A DNA stretch of 44,720 nt from Deltaproteobacteria bacterium (GTDB lineage Bacteria; Desulfobacterota; Dissulfuribacteria; Dissulfuribacterales; QOAL01). Location of the stretch: NCBI GenBank assembly GCA_027003115.1, contig JALWYS010000148.1:1-44720 (forward strand). Direction: 5' to 3'. Under the pieces are notes generated by a model, which searched no databases, was not told where the DNA came from, and saw only the letters and a list, made by a program, of their open reading frames with translations. Position numbers and translations under genes: made by a program. Within the stretch, counting starts at the first letter, position 1; each line of letters opens with the position of its first letter. This document shows positions 8,443-17,822 of this stretch, piece by piece.

Positions 8443-10545
8443 CTATTCAAGGGAGATAACCCCCACGGATTCCAGCTGGATATTGCCTGGAATTTCTGAA
8501 TGTGAAATCACGTTAACGTCTGGTATAAAGCGTTCCACAAGACGCCTAAGGTGCCTTCTCAGTGTCGGGTTCGTAAGGATCACCGGGGTCAGCCCCATGC
8601 CCTCTGCCTCCTCAAGGGCCTTTTTGACCGCATTTATGATCTTCTGGGCGGACGCTGGATCAAGAGTGAGATAGGCCCCGTGTTCTGTCTGCTGCAAACT
8701 GTTACGAAGGGTCTCCTCTATTTGCGAATCCAGGGTGAGCACCCTGAGGGTGTCGTTTTCATCAAGAAACGGCTTGACAATGGCCCTTCCAAGCCTCTGA
8801 CGGACGTACTCGGTAAGGATCTCTGGGTCCTTTGTCATCTCGCCGTAATCGGCAAGGGCCTCTGTTATGGTAAGAAGGTCCCTGATTGAAATGCCCTCTC
8901 TGACCAGGTTCTGGAGAACCTTCTGGATGATTCCCAGATTGAGGACATTGGTTACCTCTTCCACCGCCTTTGGGCTTGTTTTTGAAAGGGCATCAAGCAG
9001 CCTCTGTACCTCCTGCCTTCCAAGAAGGTCCGCAGCGTTTTTCTTTATGACCTCTGCAAGATGTGTTGCAATGACGGTTGAAAGGTCAACTACTGTGTAT
9101 CCGGCAAGCTGAGCCTCCTCCTTTTGCTCCTCGGTTATCCAGATGGCGGGAAGGCCAAAGGCTGGCTCCGTTGTTGGGATACCCTCTATCTCCTTTCTCA
9201 CATCCCCTGGATTCATTGCGAGAAAATGGCCAATCATCAGGTTACCCTTTGCAACATCGATCCCCTTTATAAGAAAACGGTACTGGCCAGGCTGAAGCTG
9301 AAGATTGTCTCTCACGTGAAGAGGGGGAACGATTATTCCCATCTCCTGGGCAAACTGACGTCTTATGGACTTTATCCTGTCTAGCAGATCTCCTCCCTGC
9401 TCTTCATCCACAAGGGGAATCAGGCCATAGCCCACCTCAAGCTCAAGGATGTCGAGCTGCAGAAGCCGTTCAACCTCCTCGGGCTCAGATACTTCTTCCT
9501 CAGGTCTTGTCTCTTCCTCTGTACCCCTTCCGGCAATTTCCTCCTTCACCCTTTTCTCTTCCTTGAAGGCCGTGTAAGCCAGAAATGCTATTGCAGAGGA
9601 AAGGATCACAAAGGGCACAGTTGGAAGGCCCGGTATGAAGCTAAAAAGAAAGACGATGACGCTTGTTACTGCAAGGGCCTGGGGATGGGTTGAAAACTGG
9701 CGCAGGAACTCCTTTCCCATGCTTGCAGTAGAGGCGGCCCTGCTGACAAGCACGCCTGCAGCAGTTGAGATTATGAGGGCTGGAATCTGGGAAACAAGCC
9801 CGTCACCAATGGTAAGAAGGGTGTAGCTTTGGGCAGCGGCTGAGACTTCCATTCCCTGCTGAAGCACTCCTATTACAAAGCCTCCCACCACGTTTATGGC
9901 CATTATGATTAGACCGGCAATGGCCTCGCCTCTTACAAACTTGCTGGCACCGTCCATGGCCCCGTAAAATTCAGACTCCTTTGCAATCTCCTCCCTGCGC
10001 CTTTTGGCCTCTGCCTCGTCAATGAGTCCGGCATTTAAGTCTGCATCTATGGCCATCTGCTTTCCTGGCATTGCATCCAGGGTGAAGCGTGCTGCAACCT
10101 CTGCAATCCTTCCAGCACCCTTAGTGATGACAACGAAGTTGATGATAACGAGGATAAAGAAGACGATTGCCCCGACCACAAAGTTGCCTCCAACAACAAA
10201 GTGGCCAAAGCCCATGATTATCTTTCCTGCAGCATCAACTCCCTCATGCCCATGAAGCAGGATGAGCCTCGTGGAGGCAATATTCAGGGAGAGTCTGAAA
10301 AGCGTGGTTATGAGAAGAAGGGAGGGAAACACTGGAAAATCAAGGGGCTTTAGGATGTAGATGGACATGAGAAAAATAAGAAGCGAGATGGTGATGTTAA
10401 GTGCCAGGAAAAGATCCAGGGCCGGGGCTGGAAGGGGCAGAATCATAAGAAGGAGAATGCCAACCAAGCCTACAGCCGCCAAAATGTTGCTCTTGTCAAC
10501 TTCCATCCCTGTCCAAATGGATCTTACTGCATCTATGGCTGCCAC
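8443..10545 (-). CDS. flhA: Flagellar export apparatus FlhA
   Basis: RIAEVAARFTLDAMPGKQMAIDADL and GAMDGASKFV motifs. Confidence 0.98.
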   Translation of the reverse strand: MAAIDAVRSIWTGMEVDKSNILAAVGLVGILLLMILPLPAPALDLFLALNITISLLIFLMSIYILKPLDFPVFPSLLLITTLFRLSLNIASTRLILLHGHEGVDAAGKIIMGFGHFVVGGNFVVGAIVFFILVIINFVVITKGAGRIAEVAARFTLDAMPGKQMAIDADLNAGLIDEAEAKRRREEIAKESEFYGAMDGASKFVRGEAIAGLIIMAINVVGGFVIGVLQQGMEVSAAAQSYTLLTIGDGLVSQIPALIISTAAGVLVSRAASTASMGKEFLRQFSTHPQALAVTSVIVFLFSFIPGLPTVPFVILSSAIAFLAYTAFKEEKRVKEEIAGRGTEEETRPEEEVSEPEEVERLLQLDILELEVGYGLIPLVDEEQGGDLLDRIKSIRRQFAQEMGIIVPPLHVRDNLQLQPGQYRFLIKGIDVAKGNLMIGHFLAMNPGDVRKEIEGIPTTEPAFGLPAIWITEEQKEEAQLAGYTVVDLSTVIATHLAEVIKKNAADLLGRQEVQRLLDALSKTSPKAVEEVTNVLNLGIIQKVLQNLVREGISIRDLLTITEALADYGEMTKDPEILTEYVRQRLGRAIVKPFLDENDTLRVLTLDSQIEETLRNSLQQTEHGAYLTLDPASAQKIINAVKKALEEAEGMGLTPVILTNPTLRRHLRRLVERFIPDVNVISHSEIPGNIQLESVGVISLE

Positions 10546-10556
10546 AATATTTCCTC

Positions 10557-11639
10557 CTAGCTCCTTCCTGATGCCGCCTTTTTACCCTTTAGCCTGTAAA
10601 CGTAGGCAAATATCTCGGCCACGGCCTTAAAGAGGCTCTCGGGGATCACCTGCCCGATATCCACCAGTTTGTACAGGCTTTGGGCAACGGGCTTGTTCTC
10701 GATCACTGGCACTGAATGCTTTCTGGCTATTTGTCTTATTTTTTCAGCCAGATGGCCTGCGCCCTTGGCCACAACCATGGGGGCATCCATGTCACCCGGC
10801 TCGTATTTCAAGGCAACGGCAAGATGGGTCGGGTTGGTGATTACAACATCCGCCTCAGGCACCTCCTGCATCATGCGCTTTCTTGCCATCTCCCGCTGTA
10901 TGCTTCTTATTCTACTTTTTACCTGAGGATCTCCCTCTGTTTGCTTGAACTCTTCCTTTACTTCCTGCTTGGTCATCTTAAGATTCTTCTCATGGTCGTA
11001 GCGCTGGAACATGTAATCAAGGATAGAAAGCAATATCATTGCCAAACAGGATTTCCAGAATATCTCGTAACTCACCATGCCTATAAAGGAGGCGATGTGA
11101 TAAGGCGTCATGTCAAGAAGGGGAACCATCTTGTCAAGGCCCTTTGAAACAGTGGAATAGACAATCCAGCAAACAACGATGAGCTTAAAAAGTGATTTCA
11201 GGAACTCCATGAGGGCCTGGAGGGAAAAAAGCCGCTTGATGCCCTGAAGAGGGCTTATCCTGGAAAATTGTGGAATCAGGGGTTCAAGGGTCAAAAGCGG
11301 CCCCACCTGCAGGAAATTTGACAGTATGGCCACCACGGTGATTACGAGAAGGAGGGGCGCCATGATGGATGCCATCTGTGCAAGGCCCAAAAGGCCCATG
11401 GAGCGCATGGATGTAAGAGTTATTGTATGGCTGTGAAGGTTTTCAAGATAATAGGCAAGCATCCTGTCCATTCGTGACATGAAAAAGCCACTTCCCCAGT
11501 AAAGGGTAAAAAGGCCTGAAAGAAGGACGGCAACCGAGGCGAGCTCTCTGCTCTTTGGTACCTGACCTTTTTTTCTGGCCTCCTCCCGTCGTTTCGGGGT
11601 GGCCTGCTCTGTCCTTTCCTGGAAGGATTCCTGTGCCAC
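10557..11639 (-). CDS. flhB: Flagellar export switch FlhB
   Basis: RTE.ATPKR..EAR.KGQV, EGDPQVK and the NPTH autocleavage site. Confidence 0.97.
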   Translation of the reverse strand: MAQESFQERTEQATPKRREEARKKGQVPKSRELASVAVLLSGLFTLYWGSGFFMSRMDRMLAYYLENLHSHTITLTSMRSMGLLGLAQMASIMAPLLLVITVVAILSNFLQVGPLLTLEPLIPQFSRISPLQGIKRLFSLQALMEFLKSLFKLIVVCWIVYSTVSKGLDKMVPLLDMTPYHIASFIGMVSYEIFWKSCLAMILLSILDYMFQRYDHEKNLKMTKQEVKEEFKQTEGDPQVKSRIRSIQREMARKRMMQEVPEADVVITNPTHLAVALKYEPGDMDAPMVVAKGAGHLAEKIRQIARKHSVPVIENKPVAQSLYKLVDIGQVIPESLFKAVAEIFAYVYRLKGKKAASGRS

Positions 11640-11640
11640 T

Positions 11641-12429
11641 TCAACCTCCCATGGCCCTAAGGGCGAGGGGCATAAGCTCCACCGCCCTGTTTAGGGAGCG
11701 GGCAAGTACAGGCCAGAAGTACTGGAGCGTGAGGCCAAAAAAGAAAAGGCCCAGGGCAACGTTTACGTTGAAGCTAACTATCAGCATGTTTATCTGGGGG
11801 ACAAGTTTTGCAAGTATGCCCAGAGCCACCTGGGAGAGAAAGAGTATGGCCATGACAGGGGCCATGAGCTTTATGGAAAGTACAAACATCTCATGCCCCA
11901 TGGTCATGATTATCTCGTAGAGGGGCTTTGAAAAAATAAGACTACCAGGGGGAAGTATCTCAAAGCTTTCAAAAAGCGTCCTTATGACTGCGTGGTGTCC
12001 GTTTGCCACGAGAAAAAGCAAAAGGGCAATCATGTAGGCAAACTGGGAAACTATTACAGACTGCACCCCTGTCTGCGGATCCATTATATTGGCAATACTA
12101 AGCCCCATCTGTACACCAACCATCTGGCCAGCTATCTGTAGGCCAGCAAACACCATCCTAAGAAGAAGGGAGAGTATCAGGCCAATAATGAGCTCCTGGA
12201 CTGTAAGGAGGAAAAACCCAAAGGAGGTGGCAGGGAAAAGGGCCCCGGATACGTGGACTACCGGCGCAACCAACCATGAAAGCACAAGGGCCATGGCCGC
12301 CTTTACTGGCATGGCAATGGTCCTTGAATTGAACACAGGCATGAGGAAAAGAATTGTTGAAATCCTAACCAGAACCAGAATAAATACCTTGTAATGGAGA
12401 AGGATCCAGGCAAGGGCGTCATTTCCCAT
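11641..12429 (-). CDS. fliR: Flagellar export protein FliR
   Basis: Polytopic membrane protein with AGQ..G.QMGL....DP and PQIN motifs, plus synteny. Confidence 0.95.
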   Translation of the reverse strand: MGNDALAWILLHYKVFILVLVRISTILFLMPVFNSRTIAMPVKAAMALVLSWLVAPVVHVSGALFPATSFGFFLLTVQELIIGLILSLLLRMVFAGLQIAGQMVGVQMGLSIANIMDPQTGVQSVIVSQFAYMIALLLFLVANGHHAVIRTLFESFEILPPGSLIFSKPLYEIIMTMGHEMFVLSIKLMAPVMAILFLSQVALGILAKLVPQINMLIVSFNVNVALGLFFFGLTLQYFWPVLARSLNRAVELMPLALRAMGG

Positions 12430-12436
12430 GGCCCGT

Positions 12437-12706
12437 CTACCTGATGAAGTTTGGTATGTTGACTATGATGTCCCTTGTGTAGTCCACCATCTTGTTCATC
12501 ATCCAGGGAAATGCAACAAGTAGCCCTATAAGGACCGCAATGATCTTGGGAACAAAGGTGAGGGTCATCTCCTGGATCTGTGTCACCGCCTGGAAGATGC
12601 TTACGAGAAGGCCCACTACAAGCCCAAGGCCCAGCATTGGCAGGCTAATAAGCAGGGTTATCTCAACAGCGTTTCTTGCAAGGCCAACTACCATATCCTG
12701 GGTCAT
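12437..12706 (-). CDS. fliQ: Flagellar export protein FliQ
   Basis: FQAVTQIQEMTLTFVPK motif. Confidence 0.97.
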   Translation of the reverse strand: MTQDMVVGLARNAVEITLLISLPMLGLGLVVGLLVSIFQAVTQIQEMTLTFVPKIIAVLIGLLVAFPWMMNKMVDYTRDIIVNIPNFIR

Positions 12707-12717
12707 CTCATACCTCC

Positions 12718-13464
12718 CTAAAAGAAACTCTTTAACAAGGAGCCTGTCAGCAAATGCCAGCCGTCAACGAGAACAAAAAGAAGGAGCTTAAAGGGCAAGG
12801 AAATGAGAACAGGCGGTAGCATCATCATTCCCATGGAAAGAAGAACAGAGGAGACCACCATGTCTATGATGAGAAACGGGATATAGAGCACGAAACCTAT
12901 CTCAAAGGCAGTTTTGAGCTCACTTATCATGAAGGAGGGAACCAGAACGGATGTTGGTATCTCACTTTCGTCCTTTGGGTCCTCTATCTTTGCAAAACGG
13001 GCAAAAAGGGCGAGGTCTTCTTCCCTGGTGTTCTTGAACATGAAGCGTCTGATTGGGCCTTCAACATTCTTAAGTGCCTGCTTGAAGTTTATCTCATCGT
13101 TTAAATAGGGCTGTATGCCTCTTTCATTGGCAGTACTCCATACAGGCTGCATGATGAAAAAGGTGAGAAAAAGGGACAGACCAATAATTACCTGGTTGGG
13201 AGGCATTTGCTGGGTACCAATGGCCTGGCGCAGAAAGCCAAAGACAATGATGAGCCTGGTAAAAGACGTCATCATGAGTAGAATCGACGGGGCAAGGGAA
13301 AGTACGGTAAGAAGAAGGACAATCTCTATGGCTGCGGAAATCTTTTTGGGATCATCAGTGTTTTCAATACCGATGCTTACGCTTGGTATGTGAACGGCCA
13401 AGGCATCGAGTGGAAGCAAAAAGAAGAGCCCAAGCAGTGTTCCCAAAAAAATCCACCTCTTCAT
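12718..13464 (-). CDS. fliP: Flagellar export protein FliP
   Basis: MMTSFTR, QQMPPNQV, SELKTAF, ISLPFKLLLFVLVDGW motifs. Confidence 0.97.
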   Translation of the reverse strand: MKRWIFLGTLLGLFFLLPLDALAVHIPSVSIGIENTDDPKKISAAIEIVLLLTVLSLAPSILLMMTSFTRLIIVFGFLRQAIGTQQMPPNQVIIGLSLFLTFFIMQPVWSTANERGIQPYLNDEINFKQALKNVEGPIRRFMFKNTREEDLALFARFAKIEDPKDESEIPTSVLVPSFMISELKTAFEIGFVLYIPFLIIDMVVSSVLLSMGMMMLPPVLISLPFKLLLFVLVDGWHLLTGSLLKSFF

Positions 13465-13784
13465 GAGGCCTCCATCTTCTGGGCCTTTTCTACCTCCCTT
13501 GAAAGCACCTGATTGAATCCTTCAAGGTTTTCACCCTTCATGGAACCGAGAAGGGTGATGCCCTGTTCTGTTGAACCTATGAGAAAATAACTTCCTGCAA
13601 CACGGACAAGGGAAATATGGCGTTTTGGAAGAATGGCCCTATTCTCAATCACCTCTATAAGCCCCTTGCTGGCACCTTGGGCCACAAGGCCAAACCTTCT
13701 GAGTATGAACGCAACCAGGAACATGAGCCCGAGTATCAATGCCAGGGCTCCTGCCATTTTCACTATTAGCTCAAAGACGTCCAT
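13461..13784 (-). CDS. fliO: Flagellar protein FliO/FliZ
   Basis: One TM plus the LVRV....FLIG.TE..ITLL pattern. Sits between fliN and fliP. Confidence 0.88.
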   Translation of the reverse strand: MDVFELIVKMAGALALILGLMFLVAFILRRFGLVAQGASKGLIEVIENRAILPKRHISLVRVAGSYFLIGSTEQGITLLGSMKGENLEGFNQVLSREVEKAQKMEAS

Positions 13785-13789
13785 GAAAC

Positions 13790-14440
13790 CTACCCTAGTG
13801 ACTTGACCCTTTCCTGAGGGCTTATGATCTCGGTAAGCTTTATGCCAAACTTTTCATTCACCACCACCACCTCGCCCTTGGCCATGAGCTTGCGGTTTAC
13901 ATAGATGTCCGCAGGCTCCCCTGCCATCTTGTTGAGCTCGACAATGGAGCCCTGGCCTAGCTGCAAGAGGTCCTTTATCTTCATTGTGGATCTTCCAAGC
14001 TCAACTTGTATCTCTAGTGGAATCTCAAGGAGAAAATTGAGCTCAGGCTTCGTGCCAGGCTCTACCTCCCCGTCACTTTTTAGCTCATGGAATTCGGCTG
14101 CTGGTGCAGGCTCCCCGGTGCCAGCTTCTTGGGCCCCCTGGGCGTCTTCTGGAAGCCCTTCGCTGACGGCCTTCTGGGCAGCAGCATCGCCCCCTTCTGC
14201 AGCCTCCTTAAAGGCATCGGACCAGTCTATGTCGTCTGATCCCGCCTCTGGTGATTCTTCGGATTTTGGTGTTTCATCCTGGGAATCTTTACCTTCCAAG
14301 AGCTTGTCCAACTCATCTTGGCTCACAGCACCTTGAGATTCATTTGAGCCCTTGGCGGCTTCCTGCTCCTGGCCTGCCTTTTCTCCAGAGCCTTCTCCCT
14401 CTTCCTGTAAAAGCTTGTCCAACTCTTCCTGTGTCAACAT
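13790..14440 (-). CDS. fliN: Flagellar motor switch protein FliN with extended acidic N-terminus
   Basis: C-terminal SpoA domain (IPLEIQVELG..GSIVEL.K.AGEP..GEVVVVNEKFG). Confidence 0.93.
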   Translation of the reverse strand: MLTQEELDKLLQEEGEGSGEKAGQEQEAAKGSNESQGAVSQDELDKLLEGKDSQDETPKSEESPEAGSDDIDWSDAFKEAAEGGDAAAQKAVSEGLPEDAQGAQEAGTGEPAPAAEFHELKSDGEVEPGTKPELNFLLEIPLEIQVELGRSTMKIKDLLQLGQGSIVELNKMAGEPADIYVNRKLMAKGEVVVVNEKFGIKLTEIISPQERVKSLG

Positions 14441-14458
14441 AGTGTGCCCCTGACTTCT

Positions 14459-15442
14459 TTATTCTTCTAGTAGTACCTTTTCTATCTTAAGGGCCTTCTG
14501 ACCCCGGTATATACCTGGCTGCCCCAGGAACTTGGGCTGATCTTTTATGAGGGCAGTCAGAAGATCATCCACCCTGGTGTCCAGCTGTATTATGTCTCCC
14601 ACCTCAAGGTCGAGGATGTCTGTACCTGTAAGTTCTGCGGTGCCAAGCGGTACATCCACCCTCACGGGTATATCCAGCACATTTTTTAGCATTGCCTGTC
14701 TCCAGGCTGGATCCTCTGTTTCATCGATCTGGAACGACTTTTGGAGTTTGCTTTTTATGGGCTGTATGAGGCTCACGGGAAGGCATATATATATGACGCC
14801 ACTCATCTCCTCTATATCCAGTTGGAACTTGCACACGATCACCGCATCCTCTTCCTGTATTATCTTTGCAAATTGTGGGTTTATCTCGCTTCTAACGTAC
14901 TGGATCTCCACTGGATGAATGGACGACCAGGCACGGCTCCAGTCTTTCAAAATGGAGTTGACTATGCGTTTTATAAGCCTTTGCTCTATGGAGGTAAATT
15001 CCCTTCCCTCTATGCGACTCTGTCCTATGGACGTTGAACCAAGGAATATTTCAACAATGCAAAATACAAGCTGCGAATCCATGACCAGCATGGCGTGCCC
15101 GCGAAAGGGCTCCATTTTTATTATGTGAAGACTGCTTGGGACTGGCACCTTTTTGAGAAAATCCTTGAACAGGATAACCTCTATGGGAACCACTGAACTG
15201 TCGACCATCACCCGGAGGATGGAAGAAAGGGTGCTCCTGAGGCCACGGTTAAAGTGGTCATTTATGATGGCAAAACCTGGAAACTTCACCCTTGACATAG
15301 CCGTGGCATTGGCAAAGTCGTAGGGTATTACATCACCTTCCTGCTCCCCGGATTGTGATTGTTCCTCAGATTCTGGCTCAACGGCCTCATCCAGCCCCCC
15401 GAGAAGGGCATCTATTTCATCCTGACTTAATACCTGGGCCAT
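14459..15442 (-). CDS. fliM: Flagellar motor switch protein FliM
   Basis: LSQDEIDALL CheY-binding peptide, REFT.IE, RSE.NPQF and a C-terminal SpoA domain. Confidence 0.97.
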   Translation of the reverse strand: MAQVLSQDEIDALLGGLDEAVEPESEEQSQSGEQEGDVIPYDFANATAMSRVKFPGFAIINDHFNRGLRSTLSSILRVMVDSSVVPIEVILFKDFLKKVPVPSSLHIIKMEPFRGHAMLVMDSQLVFCIVEIFLGSTSIGQSRIEGREFTSIEQRLIKRIVNSILKDWSRAWSSIHPVEIQYVRSEINPQFAKIIQEEDAVIVCKFQLDIEEMSGVIYICLPVSLIQPIKSKLQKSFQIDETEDPAWRQAMLKNVLDIPVRVDVPLGTAELTGTDILDLEVGDIIQLDTRVDDLLTALIKDQPKFLGQPGIYRGQKALKIEKVLLEE

Positions 15443-15454
15443 TAACTTACCCCC

Positions 15455-15982
15455 TTACTGGACAACAAACTGGCTGAAATAGACGTCCTTGAGCTTTCCA
15501 GGACCGATTATCCTGCTCACCCTGGACATTATCTCGTCCTTGAGTCGCACCTTTCCTTCAATGGTTATTACGTCCTCAAGGGTCTTGCTGCTAAGGAGTA
15601 AAAGTATGTCGTTTCTGATCTTTGGGAGAAACTTCTCCACCAGCCCCTTGGCATCATCATCTTTGACCTCTAAAGATATGGTCGCCTTCAAGAAATGACG
15701 GGCCTTGGGATCCGCAAGATTCACCAAAAACGGCTTTAAATCTACAACAACGCCTATACTATCAGGGGAAGGGGCAACAATTTCCTGAGGAGTCTCATCC
15801 TTTTTGATCTCCTTTGCCACCTCCTCATCACTGGGTGCAGAATAGAGAAAGAAAAAGGCCCCTGCACCTCCGATGATGATTAGAACCAAGAGGGCGATGA
15901 TTATGAGAAGGAGCTTTGAACCGCCTTTCTTTTCCTTCTTTTCCTTTTCCTCTGATTTTTCCTTTTTTTCTTCCTTTGCCAT
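15455..15982 (-). CDS. fliL: Flagellar basal-body protein FliL
   Basis: Basic N-terminus, TM, F.VNLAD..., P.IRN.I..LLSSK, VYFSQFVVQ. GGAG RBS before ATG 15982. Confidence 0.95.
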   Translation of the reverse strand: MAKEEKKEKSEEKEKKEKKGGSKLLLIIIALLVLIIIGGAGAFFFLYSAPSDEEVAKEIKKDETPQEIVAPSPDSIGVVVDLKPFLVNLADPKARHFLKATISLEVKDDDAKGLVEKFLPKIRNDILLLLSSKTLEDVITIEGKVRLKDEIMSRVSRIIGPGKLKDVYFSQFVVQ

Positions 15983-16025
15983 TGGGTGCTCCAAAATTTG
16001 TCATGATTTTGTCAGGACAAAAAAG

Positions 16026-16042
16026 AGCAACCGTCGTGCCAA
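16026..16042 (-). promoter_or_regulatory. Sigma-54 (RpoN) -24/-12 promoter of the fliL operon
   Basis: Minus strand TTGGCACG-ACGG-TTGCT, an exact TGGCACG-N4-TTGCW match about 45 bp upstream of the fliL ATG. Confidence 0.92.
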
Positions 16043-16058
16043 CTACCTTTCCTCATAT

Positions 16059-16071
16059 TAACTTTTTGATA
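16059..16071 (-). promoter_or_regulatory. IHF binding site
   Basis: Minus strand TATCAA-AAAG-TTA equals WATCAANNNNTTR. It lies in AT-rich DNA just upstream of the -24 element. Confidence 0.65.
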
Positions 16072-16137
16072 TTAAAGGATATTTTTAAAAAGTGGTTTAA
16101 TAATGAAACTAAGATCAGGCCACAAACAAGGCCTTTT

Positions 16138-16153
16138 CGTCATATTTATGACG
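16138..16153. promoter_or_regulatory. Palindromic upstream activator sequence (FleQ-box-like GTCA-N6-TGAC)
   Basis: CGTCATA-TT-TATGACG, a perfect 7-bp inverted repeat about 130 bp upstream of the predicted sigma-54 start site. Confidence 0.6.
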
Positions 16154-16154
16154 C

Positions 16155-17804
16155 TCATTGGAAGATGAAAATAGAAAGGACCTTTTTTGCGTGGATGTAA
16201 CCCTTTGAAATAATTTTATATTTCCGACTTTCTAAAACTTTTAACACCTTCCTTTTGTCCTTTTCATACACAACCAGCATGGCCCCTTTGGGTAAGGACT
16301 TGAGCATGTCTTCATTCTTGAAAAAAGTTATTTCCCCAGAAGAAAACCTGCTATAGAGGGCATACTTTAGGCCTTCCCCATCTGGTTTGAATCTGAAAAG
16401 AAATACCCCTGCCGCAGCATTTACAGATCCTTCAGATTCCATAACGAACTGCCTTCCAGACTCTTTCTTGGAAATTCCTGGTTCCAGGGTACAGGTAAGG
16501 CCTGCTGCAAAAACAAAAATCAAAATGCCATATAAAAAAATTGGCCTCCAAGTACCCGGAGCCCTGGCGAAAAAGTACATCAAGGCTAAAAAGACACCAG
16601 TAAAAAGAAGAACCAAGGCCAAAAATGAAAACGGCTCTTTTCCATGATTAATAAAGAAAATGGCAACAAGCAGAAAAGATATAAAAACGAACACCCTCTT
16701 CCAGTGACGTGTGATGATATTCAAGCGTCCCATGGTTTCACTGGCATCTACTTCTTGGCACAAGAGACATGTAAAAAGAATGGATATGGCAGGGAATACA
16801 GGTAATAGGTAGCGGCCATGCCTTGATGTGGCAAAAAGAAAAGGCAGAATAGTTCCTACCGCCATGAGGACAACAAAGACATTAAAATCATTTCCTGAAA
16901 AACAGATAGACCTTTGCTTTATACAGCTTCTGGCTTTTTTGACGCAAAGACCACCAAGAAGCAGCCACCAGGGGGAAAATACCACTAAAAGGTAAAAAAA
17001 GTAGAAGTAAAAGGGCTTGTTTGCACTGCCTGATATCCTTGAAAGGATTTGGGCGTTAAGCACCCTAAAAACAAGTTCCTCTCCTCCCTGGAAAAAAAGG
17101 GCCAGTAGATGGAGACCTGCTACAAGCCCACAAGTGACAGCAGCATAAACAAAAAAGATGACAAGTTTCCTGACATCCCTTTTTAAAGCGAGAAAAGAGG
17201 CAATGGGAATAATACAAAGGACAAGGCCCACGGGCCCCTTCACAAGGTAGGAAAAGGCCATGAACAAATATCCCAGGCCCTTTTTTATGCGGTTTTTACC
17301 CTCTTGTTCCCAAAAGCCTTGGAACAAAAGCATGTTTGAAGAAAAGACCGAAAGCGCAAGCAGCATATCAAGCGTTGCCCTTTCTGCCTTTAGAAAGAAC
17401 TCAGGGGTTGCAAAAAGAATCAGGGAAGAAATGGCGGCCTGGATGCCGCCTGCGTATTTCCTTGTAAAAGAAAAAACAAGTACGAGCAACGCCGTTGCCC
17501 CAAGGAGACTGGGAATGGAAATGCAAAGGGCACAAACCCTTCCCATTAACAGGCAAAAAGGGGCTGAAAGCAGGAAATATAAGGGTGGATAATCGGGATA
17601 GGGCCGACCAAAAAGGATCGGGCAAAATAGGCCCTCACCTTTTAGAACCCCCTTTACGAAAAGGGCCACCCTTGTCTCAAGGCCGTAGATATCCCTTTGG
17701 ACAAGCACAAGCAGGGACGTAAAAAGAAAGAGAAGGGATAGAACCAACACGAAAAAGAAGGGCGATGCTTCAAATGAATCGCCCTCTGCATTCTGTTGTT
17801 TCAT
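16155..17804 (-). CDS. ArnT/PMT-like GT-C membrane glycosyltransferase
   Basis: Polytopic. Y.D.PPL, LD..L, LVKGP.G, KPFYFY, PW and RYLLP motifs. Adjacent to the arnA halves. Confidence 0.85.
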   Translation of the reverse strand: MKQQNAEGDSFEASPFFFVLVLSLLFLFTSLLVLVQRDIYGLETRVALFVKGVLKGEGLFCPILFGRPYPDYPPLYFLLSAPFCLLMGRVCALCISIPSLLGATALLVLVFSFTRKYAGGIQAAISSLILFATPEFFLKAERATLDMLLALSVFSSNMLLFQGFWEQEGKNRIKKGLGYLFMAFSYLVKGPVGLVLCIIPIASFLALKRDVRKLVIFFVYAAVTCGLVAGLHLLALFFQGGEELVFRVLNAQILSRISGSANKPFYFYFFYLLVVFSPWWLLLGGLCVKKARSCIKQRSICFSGNDFNVFVVLMAVGTILPFLFATSRHGRYLLPVFPAISILFTCLLCQEVDASETMGRLNIITRHWKRVFVFISFLLVAIFFINHGKEPFSFLALVLLFTGVFLALMYFFARAPGTWRPIFLYGILIFVFAAGLTCTLEPGISKKESGRQFVMESEGSVNAAAGVFLFRFKPDGEGLKYALYSRFSSGEITFFKNEDMLKSLPKGAMLVVYEKDKRKVLKVLESRKYKIISKGYIHAKKVLSIFIFQ

Positions 17805-17822
17805 ATTGCAGATTTCAGTCTC

